Origin: Macrostomum lignano
Lineage: Eukaryota
Assembly (NCBI GenBank): GCA_002269645.1
Contig: NIVC01001545.1
Span: 180,886 to 244,885 of the forward strand
DNA length: 64,000 nucleotides
Direction: 5' to 3'
The position numbers and the translations under genes are program-made. Of the stretch, positions 48,893-62,980 are shown piece after piece (the first letter of the stretch is position 1; every line of letters starts with the position of its first letter). Below the pieces are notes generated by a model, which had not been told where the DNA came from, did no database searches, and saw only the letters and a program-made list of their open reading frames with translations.

Positions 48893-51800
48893 GCAAGTTA
48901 CACAATGCTAGCAGAAATTCAAAGTGTTCAAAACCACCTACCAAAAGAAGAGGAGCCTAAAAATTTATTTTCTTCACCCCCACCTCATACTTTATTTCAA
49001 AAAATGAGTTCATTATCTCGACTTAATTTTTAAGTTTTTTTTAGATATACAGTACAGATTTTTATGATTAGACTAACATTATACTCAATATTTTGTTGGC
49101 ACACAAAATGACTGTCAACCAATTAGATAGCTATTTATCATTTAGCAATATTTTCCAATAGGTAAAGCACAAAGTAAAGGTAAAAAAATTACTTGAAGCA
49201 AAAGTGTAGGATTGCCTAACTCTTTATTATATAGGCCTAGCATCCTTTCTCTCTTTTTACTTATTAGCTTACTAAAGCCCTTAAGGCTTGACCTAGCCTA
49301 TGACATAGGGGATGCTTCTTTCTTAATAATATCCCATCATTGAGATACCAAAGTTGATGCAGGGCTTGCTTCTGTCCTTGTAAATAATTCTACAATGCCA
49401 CCAAAGTTGTAATAGGCCTTTTGGCTCTATCTAGAAATCCCACCATTGAGACACCAAAGTTGTTACAAAGGTTATTTTTTCCTCACGACCTTATTGGTTA
49501 TTACTTGCCTTTTACTAGTACCGCATGTACTTCTATTGGTAGCATCTATACTTCTATTGGTAGCATATGTACTTTTATTGGTAGCGTCTGTACTTTTATT
49601 GTACTTTCTGGCCTGAGCGGTCTTTAGGCACCATTTATCCTATTTTTATACCTTTCTAAAGATATTATTTTCTCAGTCCTGGGCATTCCTGGGATCAGAG
49701 GGTCACAGCTTACTTGCTGGGTATTCTGCCCTGAGGCGGGTTTCTTAGACTCTGAGTCTGGATTTCTCTACCCTATGGTAGGATTTCTGCTTTCTAGAGA
49801 CAGGTTACTAGACTCTTAAGTCTAGGATTTCTCGTTCTCTGAGAATGGACTGCACTCCTACTCTTGGGGTGATTCCTAAGTCACTATCTACTACTTGGAA
49901 TGAGTAACACAAGTGATTTCAAGCCCAATGGCTGATCAAATTTTATCTGCACAATTGAAGCTTTGAGCTTGAAGGCGAGAGAGAAAGAAACCAATGCAAA
50001 AGGAAGTATACTTTGGTCAGGCCCTTAGCTGGCCCTTATTTATAATAGAAATTTCATTACCATTTTAAACAAATCATCATACAAAATATACAAAATATTT
50101 CTAATATTTGTTCAACACAACAAAGTAATAGTTTTCGAATTTTATAGCCGAATATAGGTTTCTAAGAAATATAAAAGTGTGTTTAGTAAAAACATAGCCT
50201 ATTGCACCTATACCAATCACAATAGTAATATTATACAAACATGCTATTACAAAAAATTAGAAATAGAAAAAATCAAAAGTCAAGCATACCTACCTTATTA
50301 CTCTGTTGAGTTTTCAGCTTTTTAAATATGGCATCAATATCTCTTTTGCTTGGTGTCTCAGATGTCATTTCTACTTAACTTTTTATTTTATTAGAGAGTA
50401 ATAGTATTTAGCAAACCAAAGCAGTAATAGCAAAATAGTATTTGTGGAAGATTTTTATTATTTAACAGCGTCTATTATTAATAGTAGTACTCTTATATTA
50501 AGCCTAGATCTTTGATTTTGGCTTGACAAATCTATGCGCTACAGGACTATTTAATAAGAAGACAAAATTTGATTGCCGTTTGTCTTCTACGTCCCTAAAA
50601 TTCACTGCGGAAAAGATCAAATATGTAAATAAGCTTAAAAATCTACTTTAGCAGATATCACGAAAAAACTAACTTAAGCGGGAAAAGTTATCGCACCAAC
50701 TTGATCGGTACAGTACTGAAATAAAAGTAAACGTAAACTTTAAGTCATACTACGCAGTACAAGAAATGCATTTAGTGAAACAAAAATATGTCAGCTAGCA
50801 GCCAAAAATAAGAAAAACAGTACACACTTTTTAATATACTAACTTACTATTTATTTTAAACAAATGAAAGCTAACGCAGATAATAAAAAGTTTTTCGCCA
50901 GTTGACAATGTAACTAAAAGCTGCTAAGAAGGTTGACTGTTAAAGATTTTTTCACTTATCTCATTCACTGTTAGTAATGTTAACTATTAGCATCGAATTA
51001 TAATTGATTTCTGAAGTTTGGCTATATTTGGGAGCTATGCGCCTCGCCGTGCGCCCTCTATAACCCGCTCCACTGGGCCGTGCATCATACCGACGTCGTC
51101 GCCGACGCGCAGCCAAATGTTACATGTACATACCCGGCCGCTAGCAAATGAGTTGCTCAAAGCTAACCACTGTAATATGTGCTCACATTTCGCTAGCGAA
51201 TCAGTGTAGTGTAATATTGTAAAACAGGTTGTACACAATGTTTTGATCCTCCCCTGCCATTGGTATACAATATATTTACGTGTAATAAATTAAATACATG
51301 TATGCTATCATAGATTCAAATAAAAGTATCTTCAGTAAAATTGCTAAAGAATTTATACAAGTGCGCAGTACGTAACAAGAAAACGTACAATCCGCATTCA
51401 GCTTCAGGATAAAAAACGTCGAAACTTAAAATTGCAGAACTACGTAGTACATGCAAGTTTAATATGAAGAACTCTGCTTAAGTTGTATATAGGCATGCGG
51501 CATGCATATTAGATTTACTAAGTCTATCTTTTGTATGCATGTAAATTTGTCACATCAAAACTTAAGTTCCTCCTTTGATGAAGCGCCTGATCTACCCGCG
51601 CTTATCCCCGAGAACTTAACTTTAGTTGACACATGATTACATATACCTGCATGCAGCATGTAAAGCAGGTAATGTACATGAGGGCATGAGGCTATCTGCA
51701 GGCAGGTCTGTAATGCTTTGGTGGCGCAAAATCTGGTATGTTATCAGAGCATATTATGCTTTACATGAATGAAATATGTATACATGTATGTACAGTAAAT

Positions 51801-52964
51801 TATTTTAAAATGCCACTCGATGGTGCCAAAGCAGTCATCGGGGTCACTGATGGTGCCAAATTATTTGGCCCCAGATTCATGACAATAAAATACACGCAAC
51901 GCATGAAGAAATACATATTATAAGTAAAAAAAACTACGAGCGTACATGTATGCATTTCCTGGTCGCTTACATGTACATGTACCTGTTTATAGATAATGTA
52001 GTGTAAATGTACATAAATATAGTAGGGTAGTTACATGTAGGAAAGTATGTCCATTTATTTTTAATTTATACCAATTAGATACAATGCAGTATCCGTCCGA
52101 GAACAGATTCTTAATAACTCCAAAGAAGCATTTTCGATAATAAAAAATTCAGTACATTCTTAAGCTAATTATCAAAACTAAAATGCATGTAAGCAAGCCG
52201 AAAAAAATTGAATTCCTAACAAAAAAATTGTACTGGCAGTGCAAAATAATCAATACAGATGTAGCTATGAAGCGGGGAGACCACAATTTTAAAGTATAAT
52301 TAGTGCACAAAAAGACGCAATATTATAAGTATCAAATGTACATCTATATGTACGAAACGGTGCCAAAACAGAAACAGAGAATTAAGGGAACCTAGTAAGC
52401 AACAGGGCCGCTAAGGGTGCCAAATTAGTCATTGGGGTCATCGATGGTGCCAAAGCAGTCATCGGGGTTACTGATAATGCCATATTATTAGGCCCCATAT
52501 TCATGACAATAAAATACACGCAACGCCTGAAGAAATACATAAAAATAGAAGACTAGACACACAAAAACAAAGATTTGACTAGATTCAGTTGTAGAAGTTA
52601 AAAAACAGACAACAGAGTGTATAAAATAACAAAGAATAGAGATGCAACTATCACTATACTTAGTAAGCCTTACTGTTAGTAAACACAAAAAATATAAACA
52701 GTTTGGTAATGCCACTCTGAACGATTCTGTGACCTACTGTAAGTACTGCACGACATTTAGTAAAGGTTTTTTGTCAAACATTTTTGTGTATACAGAAAAC
52801 TTTATGTTATATAATAAAGAGGCTGACTTGGTGTGACTAGCAGATAAAGAATAAAAATGAAGGCATTGCATGCAAAACTCCTTTTTTTAAAAAAATCTAA
52901 TCAAATTTAGGCAAGTCAAATACGGTAAATAGTTGACTCCAACTACAGACTCTACTGCACTCAC

Positions 52965-53095
52965 GACAGCCTTATCAACTTGATCTTCTACAGACTGCAG
53001 TGCAACTACTACAGCCTTATCCACTGATCTACTGCAGACTGCAGTGCAACTACTACAGCCTTATCCACTGATCTACTACAGACTCCAGTGCACCT
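52965..53095. repeat. About 45-bp tandem repeat downstream of MMD, interrupted by a SINE
   Basis: TACAGCCTTATCCACTGATCTACT(G/A)CAGACT...GTGCA units; the array resumes at 53454. Confidence 0.8.
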
Positions 53096-53453
53096 TTTTT
53101 TAAAGGTAGGGGGGTTGTGCGCACCCTGGCGCACTTTAAGCGACATAGGCACACAACCGGCGAGAGGCATTGCTGCCCATTCCGCCGACTCCCCTGAGCA
53201 GGCAGACAAGCGCGCGGATACGTACGCAGGCACACACTCACACAGGAGTGTACAGCGGCCCTAACTTTATATTATCGTTAGGCATGTACACTTCACTGCG
53301 CCTTGGGGGGTTGGCTCTCAAGGCCGTTAATTGCACGAGCAGAGCCAAGCCGAGATTCCAATTCAGCCCCAAATTAATGTGACTGCACTTGGAATCGAGC
53401 CTGGGTCGCTGGCACACCAGAGCAGCTGCGCTACCGCTGGGCTACGGCCCCCC
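53096..53453 (-). mobile_element. tRNA-derived SINE with 13-bp TSD
   Basis: Minus-strand head GCCGTAGCCCAGCGGTAGCG...GGCTCGATTCC (A and B boxes), short poly-A, TSD CTCCAGTGCACCT at 53083-53095 and 53454-53466. Confidence 0.8.
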
Positions 53454-53508
53454 CTCCAGTGCACCTACTACAGCCTTATCAACTGATCTACTACAGACGC
53501 CAGTGTCA

Positions 53509-55683
53509 TCACAGCTCAGACTCCAAGCCAACTCCATCAATAGTTTCCGTTCGCAGGCCAACCAGGTGAGTGGACACAGCATTGTACTGCAGCACCGACC
53601 CAATCACCACGAACAGGTGCCAGATGGCGTGGGCGAAGGGCACAATGCCGTCCAGCTTGAAAAAAACGACGCCGCACATGTAGGCTGCGCCGCCAGTTAA
53701 AAGTTCGCCAAGGCCGTTTGGGTTTTTCTGAAAATTACGTTTAAGATGAGGGGGTCAATGGGTCAACCAACCCATTAGTATGAGTCAATGAGTCAACAAA
53801 CCCATTGGTTTGGGTCAATGGGTCAACCAACCCATTAGTATGAGTCAATGAGTCAACAAACCCATTGGTTTGGGTCAATGGGTCAACCAACCCATTAGTA
53901 TGAGTCAATGAGTCAACAAACCCATTGGTTTGGGTCAATGGGTCAACCAACCCATTAGTATGAGTCAATGGTCAACAAACCCATTGGTTTGGGTCAATGG
54001 GTCAAACAACACATTGGTGTGGGTCAATAGGTCAACCAACACATTGGTGTGGGTCAATAGGTCAACCAACACATTGGTGTGGGTCAATGGGTCAACCAAC
54101 ACATTGGTGTGGGTCAATAAGTCAACCAACACATTGGTGTGGGTCAATAAGTCAACCAACACATTGCTGTGGGTCAATGGGTCAACCAACACATTGGTGT
54201 AGGTCAATGGGTCAACCAACACATTGGTGTGGGTCAATGGGTCAACCAACACACTGGTGTGGGTCAATGGGTCAACCAACACATTGCTGTGGGTCAATGG
54301 GTCAACAAACACATTGCTGTGGGTCAATGGGTCAACAAACACATTGCTGTGGGTCAATGGGTCAACAAACACCTTACTGTGGGTCAATCAGTCAACAAAC
54401 ACATTGATGTGGGTCAATGGGTCAACAAACACATTGCTGTGGGTCAATGGGTCAACAAACACCTTCTGTGGGTCAATCAGTCAACAAACACATTGCTGTG
54501 GGTCAATGGGTCAACAAACACATTGCTGTGGGTCAATGGGTCAACAAACACCTTACTGTGGGTCAATCAGTCAACAAACATATTGCTGTGGGCCAATCAG
54601 TCAACCAACCCATTGGTGTGAGTGAATGAGTCGATCAAACTGCGTAAATACAATTGGGTCAGTGAGTCAGCCAGCTCTAAGCAGGAATTACTTGCCATTT
54701 TTAACGCCACTAACGATGGCAACGCGCCAACAGAAACGTAAAGCAGGACTTCGAGCCATTTGTACCTAAAAGTGCAATATTTCATAGTTAGTAAAAGCTT
54801 TTTGTGCGAAGGAGCATGGTACATTTAAAAAAGGACTACCGATATGTATCGAATAAGATTTTGCATTGCAGAAGTTGCGCGTACTTCTCGTGAAATATGA
54901 GCTGATAGGCGATGCCAAACACGGCAGCTGGCCACACTGCGTAGAGGCATTTCAGGCCGTAATCTGATTCGTAGTCGCGTAGGACCAGCCTGGGTAGCAG
55001 GTAGGGCGCGGTAGATAGATAGGTAGGTAGGGAAGAGAGTAGTAGGTAAAAATAAGTGGTACATACAGTAGTAGGTGGATAGGTAGGTAGATGGGTAGGT
55101 AGGTAGGTAGGTTGGTAGAGGTAGGTAGGTAGGTAGGTAGGTAGGTAGGTAGGTAGGGTAATGGAGATAGGTAGGTAGGTAGGTAGGTAGGTAGGTAGGT
55201 AGGTAGGTAGGTAGGTAGGGTAATGGAGATAGATAGGTAGGTAGGTAGGTAGATGGTAAGTCAAGCACCCGAATAAGAATTCTTACCAGGGCGTGTAGCT
55301 GGCAGCAATAAACAGGTAGATAAAAACACGATCGCCCCTGTGAAAAATCTCCTTTAAAGTTCTGCAAAGTGGAGTAAAATTCATGCTGTTTAGTTTGCAT
55401 TCGAGTTGGATAGCGCAGGCAGACAGTGGGAACAGCTACTGACCTGAAGCGGCCCCAGAAGGCCAGGATGTGAAAGACGGAGGACACAGAGAACAGGCCC
55501 AGCGTTGCCAGGCCATAAACGCGAGCGATGGCGAGCTGGCGGGCATCAATGGACCGGGAGGTCATGCTGTGCAGCTTGTAGATTGAGGCTGGAATCATTA
55601 TTCCATGGGACAGGATGTTGGCCACATGCTCTTGATCAGTGGGCACATATGCCTGACCTGCTGCAGCTCTACTGTTTTTGAAC
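53509..55683 (-). CDS. MMD: MMD/PAQR11-like 7TM protein; exons 55683-55444, 55361-55287, 54989-54885, 54765-54696, 53727-53509
   Basis: YVPTDQEHVANILSH, LFSVSSVFH, FHRGDRVFIYLFIAASYTPWL, FHEKYKWLE and GGAAYMCGVVFFKLDGIVPFAHAIWHLFV. Phases are consistent if the last intron is GC-AG. The first coding exon was not located; MMD versus MMD2 is not resolvable. Confidence 0.92.
53750..54625. repeat. 30/60-bp tandem repeat in the last MMD intron
   Basis: GGGTCAAC(C/A)AACACATTG(G/C)TGTGGGTCAAT units. Confidence 0.95.
55010..55255. repeat. (TAGG)n microsatellite in an MMD intron
   Basis: Directly visible. Confidence 0.95.
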
Positions 55684-58600
55684 CTGCAATGTGAATGGAT
55701 AAAATAATTCTTTAAAGACAGTTATTTTTAAATAAAAAAGATGTCAATTTCCTGAAAATCTTTTTACCTTCCCAAATTAAGCTGACTAGCTGATTTTAAC
55801 AGCTGTTGATGAATGCTAGTCATGCTAGATCAGTTTTTAGTTAGCTACTTTATCAACCCAGTAGCTTTGGAGCAAGATCAGTGAGCTACCATTGAGACAA
55901 ATCTGAAGTAAAAAGGGGTTTGAAACAAACTTTGAATTGTGTGTATTAAAATGAAAAATAAACTTTAAGAAACTAATACATGTAGGATGAAATAAATACA
56001 CAGGAAACTTTGATTTAAAAAAATAGTCATTAAAACTTACAAATAGAGTAGCTATATATAACTATAAGCTTCATTGATAAAATAAAATGACATTTTCTTG
56101 TTTACTATTATATGTATAAATATATATGTAGGTATGGATCTAAAAAAATTAAATGGGGGGGGGCTACTAAGGTACATATGCATGTATATTATGTACATGT
56201 ATATATACACAAAATTGTGTATTTTCGATGCAAAAAAAAATAAAATAAAATCTGACTCAATGTGTGCACCCTTGCTAAATCCACCACTTTATATATGAGT
56301 AAATTCTAATTCCATACAGACTTAACAAAAAATGATATTAAATTCAATTGAAAAAGCTGACACCTCTTAATAATATTAAGCACTTCTATACCTATTAAGC
56401 TCTATATAATATCACAATAAAGTAAAAAATCAAATCATATCATAACAAATCTATAAATTAAATAGTCAATTATTTCAACAATGTATATGGTGCTTATTAC
56501 TTTAATGGCAATGTTATATCAAGTTTTTAGAGTAAACCGCCAGGTCAATATGACAATAGTTAGTAAGTAGTTTATTTATAGTAGTGATTGAATAATATTT
56601 CCAGGCAGATCAAATTACTATTCTAAATTCAGCTAAGTAACATAGCATATTTTTTCACAGCCATCCATAAGTATAAAATGTTATGCAATTGAATAATGAA
56701 TATTTGCAACAGAAAGAAGAATAGAAAATCAAAAATATTTTTCCCAGATGAATTTAGCTGCTTTGCATACATTACTAATGTCATTAAAGCCATTGCAAAA
56801 TTAGTGACTCTAGTATCGTTGTGTTGTATCAGGTCATATATTATTGAGTCTAAGCATAAACTTCAATAGCTTAAAAAATTGAGTAGGGAAGTAAAGTAGA
56901 GTAGGCACAGGTAGAAAGAAATGTTGTTTTATCCAGTGAAGGCTAAGCCTAATAAGGCTGTGAAGCAATGGCATTGGCAGTGATGTTTAAGCAGTTAAAA
57001 TATTTTTGAATAATTGAATTATTTGGATAACTATAAAGCATCCCTAATTGATAAGACCACTCTATATCATTTACCACATCAATCACTATCACTAAGAATG
57101 ATGTCATTGCCAGTCCCGGAATCAGAAAATTGTTGTAAAAAATAAAATAGTTCGTAGAAAATAAATGATTTGAAATTCCCTACACGATAATATTCCAAGA
57201 AGTTTAAGTATTTTAACAACACAGGCTCATGCCCACAAGTCAATACTCTTATACTTAATTATTAATCATAGTTAAACTATAACAAAAGTCTGAGCAAAAT
57301 TCTGAACAAAAATGCATCGAATCACTTTATGCGCTAATCACAATAAAAATTATAAGGCATCGAGAGCTTTTGCTGCGTCGAGAAAATTTTTAGGAGCTTG
57401 GCCTTTTTTCTGTGGGCTCTACTTAAAGTAGGTAGTTCTGAATGAACTTGCCATTTTTATATATATTCCTTTAACAATTTAAGAATAAAAGTAAAAGTGC
57501 ATGCTTTTGCAAGAGATATTTCTTTCGATGATCTCAGTGTTTCATTTTTTGAGTTAATATCAAAAGTCACGCTTGCTTTGATAATATGCTTCCCGTTTTT
57601 GGGACTTGAGCTAAGATATTCAGTTTTCGAATCGAAATCTAAAAGTAATGGTAGTGTTTTCTGAATATACAGTACTATAGGTTTAAAACATCGACGCGTC
57701 TTCAAATTTCTTTCGATTTACACACAAAAAATATTTATTTAAACCACTATTTGTTTTAAGAAAAGGACTTGGATCATTAGGATTTTGACATTAAAGAAAT
57801 TGGCGTGACAGTTCGTACTGTTTCATCTCATCGCTTTTAGTGTTTACTTTATATTTCACGGCATCACGCATTACCATCTTATGAGCAGAAGCTGTAACTT
57901 GGGTCCACTGGCTTAGCACACGCCAATTGCTATGCACAATACAGTTTATTTCTTACTGTTCAATTCGTTTTTGCATTGTGTTCGCAAACAGCAGCCAAAC
58001 TTCAATGCTTGTGCCGGCCATTAGTTAGGGCAGAGCATGCAATGTCAAACGAGACCGCGACCCCGTCATTATGGTAGCCAGTTGTGGGGCTGTCATGGCC
58101 ACAGCCTTCATATAGCCCATAGAAAATGACAGGTGGCTGTAGAGTAAAGCCAGCTTAGCTTATTTTATTTTAAGCCGTCCGCATTTGCCACTTCCAAATT
58201 TGGCTGCTAAAAACTCAAACCAATTTGATATAAGACAATATACAATATATTTGCAGCATTTCAGCACTTGCTCCTTTCTGACCCTGTCAAATACAATATG
58301 ATAGAGATGTGCATGAGGGTATATACTCGTATGTACGAGTATAGCTTTTAGTTGAACGGGCGTCTTGCATGCAGTCTAGCAGACAGACAGAACTTTGTTA
58401 TGGTTAATAGACAAATGCAACTATATGGTGGGACCGAGGGCTTGTGTCGCATTATTCGAACTTGTAATTGTATTTTCGGCTTATCATGACTTGTAAAAAT
58501 GATAATGGACGCAATAAATTGCAGGGACTGCAATAAAAAAGCACAATTGGAGCAAAGACCATAGCAGCTGCATGAAGGGTGCAGTCAGAGAGTGAAATTC

Positions 58601-58750
58601 ACAATGCGGTGCGTGACTTTCTGTGCGTTTTCTAGACGAACTCTTAAATAGCATACAAGTTTATCATCAATTCCAAAAGTTTTAATAAGGCCAACTGCAA
58701 CTGTCTCTTTGACCAAATCTGCGTCTGTGCAAATTCGAACTCTGAACTCT

Positions 58751-58990
58751 GGGAGAATTCTGTCACTAATTGCCCAGACAGAAGTGGGAGAATTCTGTCA
58801 CTAATTGCCCAGACAAAAGTGGGAGAATTCCGTCACTAATTGCCCAGACAAAAGTGGGAGAATTCCGTCACTAATTGCCCAGACAGAAGTGGGAGAATTC
58901 TGTCACTAATTGCCCAGACAAAAGTGGGAGAATTCCGTCACTAATTGCCCAGACAGAAGTGGGAGAATTCTGTCACTAATTGCCCAGACA
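58751..58990. repeat. 35-bp tandem repeat, about 7 copies
   Basis: GGGAGAATTC(T/C)GTCACTAATTGCCCAGACA(G/A)AAGT. Confidence 0.95.
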
Positions 58991-59348
58991 GAGCTGTTGG
59001 TATATCCTTTTTCACAATGCCCTCTTACCCGAACTCAGGTCGCTTGAAATTCCTACATGCAAAAGCAGCAGTGCGGTGGTCTCATAAAGCAGAATCGGTG
59101 TGCCTGATAAGCCGGCTTAAAGAAGGTCAGAAGTATTCTTAGATAACAAGGCCCCGCGCCCATAACACTGAAAGCGTAGTGCACGCACGCAAGACTGAAA
59201 TTTGAAATTCAGTAACTGCAATCACTGCAGCTAAAATGTGCAAACAGAAAACTTGATACTCAACTTCAAGACGGCGCTTGCTTAGAGTGCATTCAGACTG
59301 TGCCATGCAGTTTGTGCGATCGGTTATGCAGCTGATGCACCGTCTACA

Positions 59349-59657
59349 CTCACAGATTCACTCTCACAGATTCACTCTCACAGATTCACTCTCACAGATT
59401 CACTCTCACAGATTCACTCTCACAGATTCACTCTCACAGATTCACTCTCACAGATTCACTCTCACAGATTCACTCTCACAGATTCACTCTCACAGATTCA
59501 CTCTCACAGATTCACTCTCACAGATTCACTCTCACAGATTCACTCTCACAGATTCACTCTCACAGATTCACTCTCACAGATTCACTCTCACAGATTCACT
59601 CTCACAGATTCACTCTCACAGATTCACTCTCACAGATTCACTCTCACAGATTCACTC
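59349..59657. repeat. 14-bp perfect tandem repeat
   Basis: CACAGATTCACTCT, about 22 copies. Confidence 0.97.
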
Positions 59658-59969
59658 TTTTCTTTCATTCAAAAGAACTCTGTCTATACTCAAAGGGCAA
59701 GTATTAAGCTTACATTCACTCTTTCCCAAGTAAAAAACAGAAAGCAACCCAAATGAAAGCCACGCACATCAGGACAAGCGAGAATTGTCCAATCTGCTGC
59801 TTTCAATCAAAGCCTTGGGGTTTCAGTTTACTTATTGACTTTGCGGTGCCGCAAAAGTTCTCCAACAGCTACTTAGTTCTAATCATGCGCATGTGAACTG
59901 CGAACTCCTGCATGTGCTTCCTTCATGAATGCCTTCTAATTGTGGGAGAAAGTTCTCTGACCCGCTGGG

Positions 59970-59981
59970 ATCTCTCTCTCG

Positions 59982-60022
<41 letters not shown>

Positions 60023-61420
60023 AGTATCTCTACTTCTCTCTCTTTTAATATCTCTACCCCTCTCTAAGTATCTCTCTCTCCGGATGTCTCCCCCTCTCTC
60101 TCTCAGTATCTCTCCCTCTCTCTCTCTCTCTCAGTATCTCTCCCACTCTCTCTCTCAGGATGTCTCCCCCTCTCTCTCTCTCAGTATCTCTCCCTCCCTC
60201 TCTCTCTCAGTATCTCTCTCACTCTCTCTCTCAGGATGTCTCCCCCTCTCTCTCAGTATCTCTCCCTCTCTCTCTCTCAGTATCTCTCCCTCTCTCTCTC
60301 GCTCAGTATCTCTCCCACTCTCTCTCTCAGGATGTCTCCCCTCTCTCTCTCTCTCAGTATCTCTCCCTCTCTCTCTCTCTCAGTATCTCTCTCCCTCCCT
60401 CTCTCTCAGTATCTTTCTCCCTCTCTCTCTCAGGATCTTTCTCCCTCTCTCTCTCAGTATCTTTCTCCCTCTCTCTCTCAGTATCTCCCTCTCTCTCTCT
60501 CTCTCAGGATGTCTCCCCCTCTCTCTCTCAGTATCTCTTCCTCACTCTCTCTCAGTATCTCTCCCTCTCTCTCTCTCAGTATCTCTCTCCCTCTCTCTCT
60601 CAGTATCTCTCCCTCTCTCTCTCTCTCAGTATCTCTCCCTCTCTCTCTCTCTCAGTATCTCTCCCTCTCTCTCTCTCAGTATCTCTCCCTCTCTCTCTCT
60701 CTCAGTATCTCTCTCCCTCTCTCTCTCAGTATCTTTCTCCCTCTCTCTCTCAGTATCTCCCTCTCTCTCTCTCTCTCTCAGTATCTCTCCCTCTCTCTCT
60801 CTCAGTATCTCTCCCTCTCTCTCTCTCTCTCTCAGTATCTCTTCCTCACTCTCTCTCAGTATCTCTCCCTCTCTCTCTCAGTATCTCTTCCTCACTCTCT
60901 CTCAGTATCTCTCCCTCTCTCTCTCAGTATCTCTTCCTCACTCTCTCTCAGTATCTCTCCCTCTCTCTCTCTCTCAGTATCTCTCTCCCTCTCTCTCTCA
61001 GTATCTTTCTCCCTCTCTCTCTCTCAGTATCTCTCCCTCTCTCTCTCTCTCAGTATCTCTCCCTCTCTCTCTCTCAGTATCTCTCTCCCTCTCTCTCTCA
61101 GTATCTTTCTCCCTCTCTCTCTCTCAGTATCTCTCCCTCTCTCTCTCTCAGTATCTCTCCCTCTCTCTCTCTCAGTATCTCTCTCCCTCTCTCTCTCTCT
61201 CTCCCTCTCTCTCTCTCAGTATCTCTCCCTCTCTCTCTCTCTCAGTACCTCTCCCTCTCTCTCTCTCTCTCTCAGCATCTCTCCTCTCTCTCTCAGCATC
61301 TCTCCTCTCTCTCAGCATCTCTCCCTCTCTCTCAGCATCTCTACCTCTCTCTCAGTATCTCTCTCTCTCTCTCAGCATCTCTTCCTCTCTCTCAGTATCT
61401 CTCCCTCTCTCTGTCTCTTA
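59970..61420. repeat. (CT)n-rich satellite punctuated by CAGTAT/CAGGAT
   Basis: Directly visible. Confidence 0.95.
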
Positions 61421-61959
61421 GTATCTCTCCATCTATCTTAGCATCTCTGCCTCTAACCCCATTATCTCTCCCCTCTCAGCTTGTCTATCACCCCTTACAG
61501 TTCCCTTCCAGCCCAAACCTCGCCATTAGCCTCGCCCTCTTCTCTCTGCTGCGTGCATCATATTTCCATATAACGATTCCACAAACTCAGCTTCGTCTTA
61601 TGCAATTATGTTTCTCTCACAGAATAATCTCAGGAGATTTATTAAGACAGGCCTTAACGACATCGCTTTATGTGCCTCGTGTTATAACTTCTCGGAACTA
61701 CTTCTCAAATTTAAATTAGTAATAATAAAGTATTCATCAATCAATCAAGCTCGTCCTCGAGCGGCTTATATAATCTTTTTTGGAAGATCTTGAAATATTC
61801 GCTTAGCGCGCATGCACTGTGATTAATGATGACATCAGTCTTGACGGAGAATGAGAGGTTATTAGTTGATTGTTTAGGTTAGGAAGTAAAGGAAAACACA
61901 GCACTGAGAGGTTGAGAGACAATCTGAATAATAGAAATATTAGGATTCCAAAGAGAAAC

Positions 61960-62980
61960 AAGAAAGGAAAAGGGAGAAAGAAGGGAGGGAGAGATGAAGA
62001 GAAGGGAGGGAGCGAGGGAGAGAAGGGATGGAGAGATGGAGAGAAGGGATGGAGAGAGGAAAAGAAGGGAGGGAGCGAAGGAGAGAAGGGAGGGAGAGAT
62101 GGAGAGAAGGGAGGGAGCGAGGGAGAGAAGGGAGGGAGCGAAAGAGAGAACGGAGGGAGAGATGGAGAGAAGGGAGGGAGCGAAGGAGAGAACGGAGGGA
62201 GAGATGGAGAGAAGGGAGGGAGCGAGGGAGAGAAGGGAGGGAGCGAGGGAGAGAAGGGAGGGAGCGAGGGAGAGAAGGGAGGGAGCGAGGGAGAGAAGGG
62301 AGGGAGCGAGGGAGAGAAGGGAGGGAGCGAGGGAGAGAAGGGAGGGAGCGAGGGAGAGAAGGGAGGGAGCGAGGGAGAGAAGGGATGAAGAGAGGGAGAG
62401 AAGGAAGGGAGAGAGAGAAGGGAGGGAGAGAGAGAAGGGAGGGAGAAGAATGAGAAGAGGGAGAGAAGGAGACAGGGAGAGAGGGAGAGAACGGAAGGAG
62501 AGAGGGAGAGAGGGAGGGAGAGAGAAAGAGAAGATGGAGGGAGGGAGGGAGAGAGAAAGAGAAGAGGGAGAGAGGGAGGCAGAGAGAAAGAGAAGATGGA
62601 GGGAGGGAGGGAGAGAGAAAGAGAAGAGGGAGAGAGGGAGGGAGAGAGAAAGAGAAGAGGGAGAGAGGGAGAGAGAGAGAAAGAGAAGAGGGAGAGAGGG
62701 AGGCAGAGAGAAAGAGAAGATGGAGGGAGGGAGGGAGAGAGAAAGAGAAGAGGGAGAGAGGGAGGCAGAGAGAAAGAGAAGATGGAGGGAGGGAGGGAGA
62801 GAGAAAGAGAAGAGGAGAGAGGGAGGAGAGAGAAGAGAAGAGGGAGAGAGGGAGGGAGAGAGAAGAGAAGAGGGAGAGAGGGGAGAGAGAGAAAGAGAAG
62901 AGGGAGAGAGGGAGGGAGAGAGAAAGAGAAGAGGGAGAGAGGGAGAGAACGGAAGGAGAGGAGGGAAGGAGAGAAGGGCA
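61960..62980. repeat. GA-rich low-complexity repeat
   Basis: GAGGGAGAGAAGGGAGGGAGC and similar units. Confidence 0.95.

Noticed and set aside
51821-52540. About 95-bp direct repeat about 625 bp apart (51821 and 52445)
   Set aside because: No TG..CA ends, PBS or TSD; probably a local duplication or MITE piece.
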